NCBI RefSeq assembly: GCF_000284115.1 | Contig: NC_017080.1 | Span: forward strand, 2,820,001 to 2,852,000 | Length of the DNA: 32,000 nt | Direction: 5' to 3' | DNA from: Phycisphaera mikurensis NBRC 102666 | GTDB lineage: Bacteria; Planctomycetota; Phycisphaerae; Phycisphaerales; Phycisphaeraceae | Shown: positions 16,428-23,686 of the stretch, one piece after another | How the letters are laid out: every line of letters begins with the position of its first letter | Position numbering within the stretch: position 1 is the first letter of the stretch | Notes under the pieces: model-generated | Seen by the model: the letters and a program-made list of their open reading frames with translations, nothing else | What the model was told of the DNA's origin: nothing | Databases searched by the model: none | Made by a program: the position numbers and the translations under genes

Positions 16428-16585
16428 GCTTTCAGACGCTTGGTTTCTCCAGCCTCGAACACCCGAGGCGGTCATCACGCGGAATGATAACCAGTTCTCA
16501 TAACCCGTCTCGACCAACCCCGCGTGCAAAAACCCCGCCGCCAGCGCCCCCTCCCCAATCCTCCTGCAACCCCCCGCCCCCTCAC

Positions 16586-16681
16586 CTCCCCGCTTCTTCA
16601 CTTCTTCACTTCCCCGCTTCTCCGCTTCTCCGCTTCTCCGCTTCTTCACTTCTTCGCTTCCCCGCTTCTCCGCTTCCCCCC
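16586..16681. repeat. second array (about 12 units) of the same 8-bp pyrimidine repeat
   Basis: The units read ctccccgc ttcttcac ttcttcac ttccccgc ttctccgc (x3) ttcttcac ttcttcgc ttccccgc ttctccgc ttcccccc. The array ends one base before the ATG at 16682. Positions 16639-16669 are identical to 12115-12145 (31 nt). Confidence 0.9.
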
Positions 16682-17665
16682 ATGCCCACCCTCACCCTGC
16701 CCACCCCGCCCCGCTTCGACCTCGCCCGCACCGTCTGCTCGTACGGCTACTTCCTGCTCGCCCCCAACTTCTGGGACCCGGCGGCGGCGACGCTGTCCCG
16801 GCCGCTGAGGCTGCCGGACGGCTCGCCGGTGGACGTGGTCATCTCGCAAGCGACGTCCGCGGACCGTCGGCTCAAGGTGGCGTTGGAGGCCACGGTCCGC
16901 GGATCGGCGCGTGCTCTGGTCCTCGGGCAGGTGGCGCGGATGCTGCGGCTGGACGAAGACGACCGGCCGTGGCGGCGGACGATCCGGCGGGTGGACCCGG
17001 CGCTGGCGCGGGTCGCCATCGGGCGGATGTTCCGCAGCCCGACGCTGTTCGAGGACCTCGTCAAGACGGTCACCAGCTGCAACGTGAACTGGCCGAACAC
17101 GCGGGCCATGAACCGGCGGCTGTGCCTGGGCTTCGGCGGCGGGGCGTTCCCGACCCCGGCACAGCTCGCGGCGGCGAGCGAGGCCCAGCTCCGGGCGCAC
17201 GCCCGCGTCGGCTACCGGGCCGGCCGGATCCGCGAGCTGGCGCGGCGGGTGGCGGATGGCGAGCTGGACCTGGACGCGCTGGACGATCCGCGGCGGCCGA
17301 CCGACGAGCTCTTCGCGTCCTTCGCCGCCCTCCCGGGCATCGGGCCCTACGCCGCCGGCAACCTGTGCCACCTCGTCGGCCGCTACGACCGCCTCGCCAT
17401 CGACACCGAGACGCGCCGGCACTTCTGCCTGCGGCAGGGCGTCGACCGCCCCGCGCCCACCGACGCGGCGGCCAACCGCACGCTGGACCGGCGGATCGCG
17501 GAGCACTACGCCGCGGCCGATCCCTTCGCCTTCAAGTACTTCTGGGCCGAGCTCTGGGCGGATTACCAGCGTCGGAACGGGCCCGCCCACGCGTGGGACC
17601 GGGCGACGACCGGCGCTTCCTTCACCGCCTCGGTGCTCCGGAAGCAGGACGCCGCCGGCGGATAG
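16682..17665 (+). CDS. HhH-GPD superfamily DNA glycosylase (AlkA-like)
   Basis: This is the internal ATG 16682 of ORF 16358..17665 (327 aa). It has the helix-hairpin-helix motif FAALPGIGPYAAGNLCHL, followed by an Asp-containing segment RLAIDTETRRH. The AlkA-like N-terminal part is MPTLTLPTPPRFDLARTVCSYGYFLLAPN. The specific substrate is unknown. Confidence 0.6.
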   Translation: MPTLTLPTPPRFDLARTVCSYGYFLLAPNFWDPAAATLSRPLRLPDGSPVDVVISQATSADRRLKVALEATVRGSARALVLGQVARMLRLDEDDRPWRRTIRRVDPALARVAIGRMFRSPTLFEDLVKTVTSCNVNWPNTRAMNRRLCLGFGGGAFPTPAQLAAASEAQLRAHARVGYRAGRIRELARRVADGELDLDALDDPRRPTDELFASFAALPGIGPYAAGNLCHLVGRYDRLAIDTETRRHFCLRQGVDRPAPTDAAANRTLDRRIAEHYAAADPFAFKYFWAELWADYQRRNGPAHAWDRATTGASFTASVLRKQDAAGG

Positions 17666-17713
17666 GCTGCCGCCGCGCCCGCACGCGGCCGTCGCTCCGA
17701 CTCGTTCCCGATC

Positions 17714-20026
17714 ATGGCCGAAGCCAAAGCCCACTCGCTCGAGAAGTCGCTCGGGCTGTTCGACGTCTACGCCATCACGACCGCCGGGTTCTTCTCTGCC
17801 GGCTTCTTCGTGCTCCCGGCCCTCGCGTACGACGCGGCCGGCCCCTGGTCGCTGCTCGCGTACCCGCTGGCCGCGCTGCTGATGGTGCCCTCGATGATGT
17901 CGCTGGCCGAGCTGGCGACGGCGCTGCCGCGGGCGGGCGGGCCCTACTTCTTCCTGGATCGCTCGCTGGGCCCGGCGGTGGGCACGGTCGGCGGCATCGG
18001 CACCTGGCTGGCGCTGGTGCTCAAGAGCTGCTTCGCCTTCATCGGCCTCGGGGCGTACCTGGCGGTGATGCCGATCGTCGGCGGCTGGCTGCCCGAGGAC
18101 ACGGTGGCGAACGCCTGGGCGATCAAGGGCCTCGCGGTGGCGCTGACCGTCGGCTTCGCGGTGCTCAACATCGTGGGCGCGAAGGAGACGACCAAGCTCC
18201 AGAACGCGATGGTCATCAGCGTGTCCGTGGTGCTCGCCCTCTTCATCATCAGCGGGCTCTACCACGTGCTCGCCGGCAACGCCGCGGTGCCGCTGGAGCT
18301 GCGCTTCAGCGCGGAGGACCCGACGCTCATCACCGACGGCGGCGGCCGCGGCGCCGGCGGCCTGGTGGCGGCGATCGGGCTGGTCTTCTTCACCTCGGTG
18401 GGCATCATCAAGCTGGCGTCGGTGTCCGAGGAGATCGCGGCGCCGGGCCGGAACATCCCGATCGCCATCGGGCTGTCGATCGCGACCGCGACGCTGATCA
18501 ACGCCGTCGGCGTGTTCCTGATGATCGCCGTGGAGCCGCCCGAGGAGCTCGCCCACAGCTACACGCCGGCCTACGTGGCGGCGACCTACTTCTTCACGGG
18601 GCCCTACTCCATCGGCCTGATGCTGGTGTGCCTGGCGGCCGTGGCCGCCTTCGCGGCCAGCGGCAACGCCGGCATCCTCGGCGCCTCGCGGTACCCGCTG
18701 GCGATGAGCCGCGACCGCCTGATCGGCCGCTGGTTCGGCCGGACCAGCGGCGCGGGGACGCCGCTGTCGGCGATCCTCACGACGGCCGGGGTGATGATCC
18801 TGGTGATCGTCTTCCTGGACGCCAAGAGCGTCGCGAAGCTCGCTTCGGCCTTCGTGCTGGTGGTCTTCGCGCTCATGAACCTCGCGGTGATCGTGATGCG
18901 GCAGGCCCGGATCGAGAGCTACGACCCCAACTTCCGCTCGCCGCTCTACCCGTGGACCCCGCTGCTGGGGCTGACGATCAGCGTGTGGCTGATCATGCAG
19001 ATGGGCCCGCTGTCGCTGCTGTTCTCGCTCGCGGTGGTCGTCGGCAGCGGCGTCTGGTACCTGTACTTCGCCGCCGGCAAGGTCGAGCGGCACGGGGCGA
19101 TCTTCCACTGGTTCGCGCTCCTGGGCAAGAACCAGCACGACGAGCTCGACGCCGAGTTCCGGCAGATCATGGTGGAGAAGGGCGCCCGGCAGGAGGACCC
19201 CTTTGACGACGTGGTCACGCGGGCGACGGTGCTCGAGGCGCCCGAGGGCGCGGGCTACCACGGCCTGATCGAGCTCGCCAGCGAGGTGCTCGCCAAGAAG
19301 CTCCCGCGGACGGCGTCGTTCATCACCGAGAAGTTCGTCGAGAGCGGCAACTTCGGCTTCGCGCCCATGGCCTACGGCGCGGTCCTTCCGCACTTCCGCT
19401 CGGCCGACATCGAGAAGCCGGAGCTGGTGATGATCCGCAGCGCCAAGGGCTTCGTCACCAGCTTCAAGGCCGACGCGCCGCCCGGCGACGCGGGCAGCGA
19501 CGCGAAGAAGGTCGGCTCGACCATCCACGCGATGTTCCTGCTCGTGTCGCCGGAGGCGCACCCCGGCGTCCACCTCCGCATCCTCGCCCACCTCGCCGGC
19601 CGGCTGGAGAAGGAGGACTTCATGCCGGCGTGGCTGGAGGCCGACGGCGAGCAGACGCTCAAGGAGATCCTGCTGCGCGACGAGCGCTTCGTCAGCGTCG
19701 CCGTCGAGCCCAACACGCCGGCGGCAAGCCTGATCGACCGGCCGCTGCACACGATGTCGCTGCCGCCGGACGTGCTGGTCGCGATGGTCCGCCGGCGGAA
19801 CCGCGTCTTCGTGCCCCGAGGCAGCTCGGTGCTCCGCAGCGGCGACCGGCTGACGGTGATCGGCGAACCCGCGAGCCTGCTGGAAGTTGCCAAGAAGCAC
19901 GCCGGCGCGGACGAGGCGGCGCGGGAGCGGGCGCAGATCGAGCGGGCCGCCGAGGAGCGCACCGAGCAGGCGGGGGCGGCGCCGACCGCGGACAGCCCGG
20001 CGAGCGCCGGGCACGCGGGGCGGTGA
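17714..20026 (+). CDS. APC-superfamily amino-acid/polyamine permease fused to PTS-EIIA(Fru/Ntr)-like and TrkA-C (RCK_C) domains
   Basis: The ORF is 770 aa. The N-terminal ~480 aa is polytopic with APC-type motifs (LGLFDVYAITTAGFFSAGFFVLP, LAELATALPRAGGPYFF). Aa 500-650 resembles EIIA type 2 (AVLPHFRSADIEKPELVMIRSAKG...IHAMFLLVSPEAHPGVHLRILAHLAGRL). Aa 660-730 resembles TrkA-C (LPPDVLVAMVRRRNRVFVPRGSSVLRSGDRLTVIGEP). Confidence 0.75.
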   Translation: MAEAKAHSLEKSLGLFDVYAITTAGFFSAGFFVLPALAYDAAGPWSLLAYPLAALLMVPSMMSLAELATALPRAGGPYFFLDRSLGPAVGTVGGIGTWLALVLKSCFAFIGLGAYLAVMPIVGGWLPEDTVANAWAIKGLAVALTVGFAVLNIVGAKETTKLQNAMVISVSVVLALFIISGLYHVLAGNAAVPLELRFSAEDPTLITDGGGRGAGGLVAAIGLVFFTSVGIIKLASVSEEIAAPGRNIPIAIGLSIATATLINAVGVFLMIAVEPPEELAHSYTPAYVAATYFFTGPYSIGLMLVCLAAVAAFAASGNAGILGASRYPLAMSRDRLIGRWFGRTSGAGTPLSAILTTAGVMILVIVFLDAKSVAKLASAFVLVVFALMNLAVIVMRQARIESYDPNFRSPLYPWTPLLGLTISVWLIMQMGPLSLLFSLAVVVGSGVWYLYFAAGKVERHGAIFHWFALLGKNQHDELDAEFRQIMVEKGARQEDPFDDVVTRATVLEAPEGAGYHGLIELASEVLAKKLPRTASFITEKFVESGNFGFAPMAYGAVLPHFRSADIEKPELVMIRSAKGFVTSFKADAPPGDAGSDAKKVGSTIHAMFLLVSPEAHPGVHLRILAHLAGRLEKEDFMPAWLEADGEQTLKEILLRDERFVSVAVEPNTPAASLIDRPLHTMSLPPDVLVAMVRRRNRVFVPRGSSVLRSGDRLTVIGEPASLLEVAKKHAGADEAARERAQIERAAEERTEQAGAAPTADSPASAGHAGR

Positions 20027-20078
20027 GGCCACGCCGCCCGCCGGGAGCACCGGCGGGCGTTCCCGCGGACCGTCGGGC

Positions 20079-20498
20079 TCAGGCCCCCAGGAGCTCGACG
20101 GTCCGCGGGTCCTCTTCCCCGTGGAAGAAGGTTTCCAGCACGCCGCGGAAGGGCTCCGGCTCCCCGGCGACGCGGGCGAAGAGCGTGGCGGAGGAGCGGA
20201 GCTTGGCGGCGTCGGTGGACCCGAGCATGCCGGCGGCGTCCTTGTCGCGGTGGCCGAGAACGAGGCCGCAGGCCTGGAGCAGCCTCGGTCCGAGCACGGG
20301 GTGGGCGAGGTAGGCCTCGGCCTCGGTCCGGTCGGCGATCGCGTAGTGCCGGGCGGTCTCGCTGGTGCCCAGGCCCGCGAGCTGCGGGAAGACGTACCAC
20401 ATCCAGTGCGTGGTCTTCTGCCCGGCGGCCAGCTCGGCGACGACGTCGCCCCACTGCGGGTCCTGGGCGTCCACGAAGCGTTCGAGGCCGTCGTTCAT
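20079..20498 (-). CDS. DUF1810 family protein
   Basis: This is the internal ATG (complement 20496-20498) of ORF 20079..20885 (139 aa). It reads MNDGLERFVDAQDPQWGDVVAELAAGQKTTHWMWYVFPQLAGLGTSETARHYAI...EAEAYLAHPVLGPRL...GSTDAAKLRSSATLF, which follows the DUF1810 pattern (RF..AQ...y..a..El..G.K.sHWmWfiFPQ..GLG.S..a..Y.i....EA.aYL.hp.LG.RL). Confidence 0.8.
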   Translation of the reverse strand: MNDGLERFVDAQDPQWGDVVAELAAGQKTTHWMWYVFPQLAGLGTSETARHYAIADRTEAEAYLAHPVLGPRLLQACGLVLGHRDKDAAGMLGSTDAAKLRSSATLFARVAGEPEPFRGVLETFFHGEEDPRTVELLGA

Positions 20499-20567
20499 GA
20501 GCCGACGGTACCCGGCGGCCGTGCCGATTCCGCTGGCGGCGACGCCGCGGCGCCGGACACTGGTTCC

Positions 20568-20897
20568 GTGCCGCCGCCCGCCGTCCCCCGCCTGCTCGTC
20601 CTGGTCGCAGCCGCCGCCGGCTCCGGCTGCGTCACGGCGACGCCGGCGACGCCGGCCCCGGGCGACGCCGGCGCGGGCCCGGCGGTGCTGCCGGGCACGC
20701 CCGCCCCGCGGGCGGGGGCCTGGTACGCCAGCCGGCTCGACGGCGGCCGCGGCGTGTTCGCGGGGCACGAGGGCCCGGTGCTGGCGACGCGGACCACGCG
20801 GACCCGCGGCGGGCTGCGCGTCGGCGCCGACGGCCGCGTCCGCGACACGCTGTCGACGAGCACGCGGGGCGAGTCGGTGGTCCAAGGCGTCCGCTGA
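20568..20897 (+). CDS. small lipoprotein, paralog 1 (109 aa)
   Basis: The start is the GTG at 20568 within ORF 19887..20897; there is no in-frame ATG. The lipobox context is RLLVLVAAAAGSGC. The mature part (AWYASRLDGGRGVFAGHEGPVLATRTTRTRGGLRVGADGRVRDTLSTSTRGE) parallels the next gene. Confidence 0.5.
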   Translation: MPPPAVPRLLVLVAAAAGSGCVTATPATPAPGDAGAGPAVLPGTPAPRAGAWYASRLDGGRGVFAGHEGPVLATRTTRTRGGLRVGADGRVRDTLSTSTRGESVVQGVR

Positions 20898-20926
20898 GCC
20901 GCGCGGCCGGGGCGTAGGGTCCGCCC

Positions 20927-21244
20927 ATGCACCGCCTCGCCGCCGTCTGCGCCTGCCTGCTCCCGCTGCCGGGCTGCCTCACGCCGCCGCCGGAGCCGGC
21001 GCCCGCCGCACCGCCGCCGGCCCCCGCGGGTGTGGTGCTGCCCGGCGGGGCCGACGGCGCCAAGGCCGCCTGGTACGACGACCGGCGGGACGGCGAGTCC
21101 GAGGTCGTCGCCGGCCCCGCCGTGGCCGAGCGGACGCAGAGCGTCACCCGCACGCGCGGCGGCCTGAACGTGACGGCCTCGGGCGAGGTCCGCGACACGC
21201 TGGACCGGCGGACCCGCCGCACGCGGGTGCGCACGGCGGAGTGA
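20927..21244 (+). CDS. small lipoprotein, paralog 2 (105 aa)
   Basis: The ATG is at 20927. The signal and lipobox read MHRLAAVCACLLPLPGC. The mature part (AWYDDRRDGESEVVAGPAVAERTQSVTRTRGGLNVTASGEVRDTLDRRTRRT) aligns with paralog 1. Confidence 0.6.
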   Translation: MHRLAAVCACLLPLPGCLTPPPEPAPAAPPPAPAGVVLPGGADGAKAAWYDDRRDGESEVVAGPAVAERTQSVTRTRGGLNVTASGEVRDTLDRRTRRTRVRTAE

Positions 21245-21274
21245 TCCGCGGCCCGGGTTCCCGCCGCCGGTGCC

Positions 21275-21577
21275 TCAGGCCGGCGGCTCGGCGAGCATGC
21301 CGGCGAGGCGGGCGGCTTCGTAGAGGGTCGCCCGGGTGATCTCGATCATCACCGAAGGCGGCCACTGGAGCGTGGGATCGTTGCGGTAGGCCTCGGGCAC
21401 GACCGAGAGCGTGAAGCGGCGGACGGCTTCCTCCACCTCGCCGCGGCGGCGGCGGTGGGCGGCCTCGTCGCCGCCTCGCAGCGGCTCGCGGACGTCGCGG
21501 GCGAGCATGATCGTGTTGACCTGCCAGTCGAAGTAGCCCTGCAGCGGGTTGTCCTGCTCGCTCGCGTGATCAACCAC
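21275..21577 (-). CDS. hypothetical protein (100 aa), start overlaps hisA stop
   Basis: The GTG start (complement of 21575-21577) overlaps the hisA stop (21570-21572) by 8 nt. Third codon positions are strongly G/C, as in neighbouring genes. The composition is not low-complexity (VDHASEQDNPLQGYFDWQVNTIMLARDV...). No family was recognised. Confidence 0.5.
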   Translation of the reverse strand: MVDHASEQDNPLQGYFDWQVNTIMLARDVREPLRGGDEAAHRRRRGEVEEAVRRFTLSVVPEAYRNDPTLQWPPSVMIEITRATLYEAARLAGMLAEPPA

Positions 21578-22310
21578 CGCTGGCCTCCCCCTCGTAGGCG
21601 GCGACGCCCTCGGCGACGGTGAAGCGGTCTTCGTAGAGCGCCCGGCCGACGATCGCGCCCTGCAGCGGAAGCTCCGCGAGCCGCTTGAGGTCGTCGAGCG
21701 TGCCGACGCCGCCGGAGGAAACCACCGGCACCGCGGTGGCGGCGGCGATCTCGGCGGTGGCCTCCAGGTTGGGCCCCGCGAGCGTCCCGTCGGTGGCGAC
21801 GTCGGTGTAGACGATCGCGGCGAGCGGCCAGTCGCTGACGGCCCTCGCCAGCCCCAGCGCCGTCCGCTCGGAGGTCTGCTCCCAGCCCGAAACCGCCGCG
21901 TGGCCCGCCTTCGCGTCCAGCCCGAGCACGAGCTTGTCGCGGTAGCCGGGGTTGCTCATCAGCCCCTCGAACCACGACCACCGCTCGATGGCGGCGGTGC
22001 CGAGGATGACCCGCTCAACCCCGACCGAGAGCAGCGCGTCGATGGCGGCCTCGTCGCGGACGCCGCCGCCGACCTCCAGGCGGATGCCGGGGATGGCGGC
22101 GACTTCGCGGATCTCCCGGAGGTGCTTGACGCGGCCGGCCCGGGCCCCGTCGAGGTCGACCAGGTGGACCCAGGTGGCGCCGGCGTCGGCGTAGGCCTGC
22201 GCCTGCTCGGCCGCGGACACGCCGTAGGTCGTCTGCTGGTCGTAGTCGCCGCGCAGCAGCCGGACGACCTTGCCCCCGCGCAGGTCGATCGAGGGGAAGA
22301 GGAAGCGCAT
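21570..22310 (-). CDS. hisA: phosphoribosylformimino-5-aminoimidazole carboxamide ribotide isomerase (HisA)
   Basis: The 246-aa ORF reads MRFLFPSIDLRGGKVVRLLRGDY..., LVDLDGA, EVGGGVR, ..YTDVATDGTLAGPNLE.. and SGGVGTLDDL..L...GAIVGRALYE. These are the canonical HisA (beta/alpha)8 phosphate-binding motifs. Confidence 0.9.
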   Translation of the reverse strand: MRFLFPSIDLRGGKVVRLLRGDYDQQTTYGVSAAEQAQAYADAGATWVHLVDLDGARAGRVKHLREIREVAAIPGIRLEVGGGVRDEAAIDALLSVGVERVILGTAAIERWSWFEGLMSNPGYRDKLVLGLDAKAGHAAVSGWEQTSERTALGLARAVSDWPLAAIVYTDVATDGTLAGPNLEATAEIAAATAVPVVSSGGVGTLDDLKRLAELPLQGAIVGRALYEDRFTVAEGVAAYEGEASGG

Positions 22311-22357
22311 CGGCGGAGAACGTAGCAGGCCCGGCCCGCGGCCACGGCGGCGGCCGG

Positions 22358-23026
22358 CTATCGGTTCAGCCGCCCGAGCAGCGAGCGGGCGGCGGCGCCG
22401 CGGTGGGAGAGGGCGTCCTTCTCGCGGGGCTCCAGCTCGGCGGCGGTGCGGCCGTCGGGCAGGACGAACAGCGGGTCGTAGCCGAAGCCGTTGGAGCCGC
22501 GGCCGGCGGCGGGCCGTGCCGGATCGGCCGCCTCGGAGGGCAGGAGGATCCGGCCCTCCAGCTCGCCGCGGACCGTGAGGGTCGTGGGGCCCGGAGCCGC
22601 GTGGTCCGCGGATCCGGGCGCGGGGTGTACGGCGAGGACGCAGACGTAGCGGGCCCCGCGTCGCGAAAGCGGCACGCCCGCCAGCTCGTCGAGCAGCTTG
22701 GCGTTGTTGGCGGGATCGACCCGGTCGCGGCTGCCGCGGACGCCGCTGTAGCGGGCGCTACGCACGCCGGGACGCCCGCCGATCGCGTCCACCTCGATGC
22801 CGCTGTCGTCGGCGACGACGGTGCGGCCGGTCTGCTCCGCGTAGCCGCGGGCTTTGAGCACGGCGTTGCCCTCGAAGGTGTCGGCGTCCTCCACCGGGTC
22901 AACGAGCGACTCCGCGGTGGCGGCGTCGAGCGTGGCGATGGTGTCCCAGCCGGCGGCGAGGTCGCCGAGCACGGCCCGCAGCTCCGCGAGCTTGTGCGGG
23001 CTGGTGGTGGCGAGCAGCCATCTCAT
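22358..23026 (-). CDS. rdgB: non-canonical purine NTP pyrophosphatase (RdgB/HAM1 family)
   Basis: This is the internal ATG (complement 23024-23026) of ORF 22358..23062 (222 aa). It reads MRWLLATTSPHKLAELRAVL, FEGNAVLKARGYA, VADDSGIEVDAIGGRPGVRSARY, NGFGYDPLF and KDALSHRGAA, which match Ham1/RdgB motifs. Confidence 0.85.
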   Translation of the reverse strand: MRWLLATTSPHKLAELRAVLGDLAAGWDTIATLDAATAESLVDPVEDADTFEGNAVLKARGYAEQTGRTVVADDSGIEVDAIGGRPGVRSARYSGVRGSRDRVDPANNAKLLDELAGVPLSRRGARYVCVLAVHPAPGSADHAAPGPTTLTVRGELEGRILLPSEAADPARPAAGRGSNGFGYDPLFVLPDGRTAAELEPREKDALSHRGAAARSLLGRLNR

Positions 23027-23060
23027 CGAGCGGTTCCCGCAGGGGTTCGGGGGGCGGCGC

Positions 23061-23095
23061 AAAGAAGCGGCCGCTCCGGGCGGGAGCGGCCGCTT
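23061..23095 (-). terminator. intrinsic terminator downstream of the acidic lipoprotein gene
   Basis: The stem is aagcggccgctcc (23065-23077) with ggagcggccgctt (23083-23095), and the loop is 5 nt. On the minus strand the hairpin is followed by TTCTTTG (complement of 23058-23064). Confidence 0.7.
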
Positions 23096-23135
23096 GATTC
23101 GGTGTGCGGCGGCCGGAGGCGCCGCGCGAGCCGGC

Positions 23136-23414
23136 TCACATGCCGGTCTCTTCCTCGACCTCCTGGGCGGCCTCGGACTCGCCGGCCATCGTGTCGCCCT
23201 CCTCGGGGATGTCCAGGCCCACGGTCGGGACCTCGATGGTGGTCGTGCCGGTCTCCAGGTCCGGGCCCTCGACGTCGAGCTCGGGCATCTCGCCGCCCTC
23301 GACCGAGACCTCGGGCAGAGCGCCCGACTCCGCGTCGACGTCGCAGCCGGCGAGGCTGAAGGCGGAGACCGCGAGGGCGGCGGCGAGGAGCGTGGTGGGG
23401 GTGCTGATCTTCAT
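23136..23414 (-). CDS. small acidic lipoprotein (92 aa)
   Basis: The signal peptide and lipobox read MKISTPTTLLAAALAVSAFSLAGC. The mature part is highly acidic (EVSVEGGEMPELDVEGPDLETG...EEGDTMAGESEAAQEVEEETGM). A terminator follows. Confidence 0.7.
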   Translation of the reverse strand: MKISTPTTLLAAALAVSAFSLAGCDVDAESGALPEVSVEGGEMPELDVEGPDLETGTTTIEVPTVGLDIPEEGDTMAGESEAAQEVEEETGM

Positions 23415-23686
23415 GGTGTTTCCTTGAAAAGGTGGAACGGGCGGGGGATCCGCCAGATGGCCGCGGCCTCTGCCTGGGCCAGGAGTCAGGAAATCCCCTG
23501 CCCCTTTGCAACCGCAGCATAGACGGCTTGAGAGGGTGGTGCCACTTGCTCGGCGCAGCGGGGGCGTTGGCGGGGGCGGGGGCGTGGGTCGGGAGCGAGC
23601 GGAGAAGCCACGAGAAGTGCGGGAGCGAGCGACTCAGGCAGAAGCAGCCGCCGCGGCGTCTCGCGCCACCGCCGCGCCCGCTCCGG

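Noticed and set aside
16646-20050. 1134-aa ORF on the minus strand, the longest ORF in this region.
   Set aside because: It is antisense to the well-supported glycosylase and APC-transporter genes. Its translation is monotonous Arg/Gly/Pro/Asp with no motifs. This is a typical stop-poor shadow frame of a ~70% GC genome.
23559-23594. Plus-strand G-tract cluster (G5-N7-G5-N1-G5-N2-G3-N3-G3) as a G-quadruplex element upstream of the acidic lipoprotein gene.
   Set aside because: Isolated G4-type patterns are expected by chance in ~70% GC DNA. Unlike the 8-bp arrays it has no periodic or repeated structure, so it was not reported as a finding.
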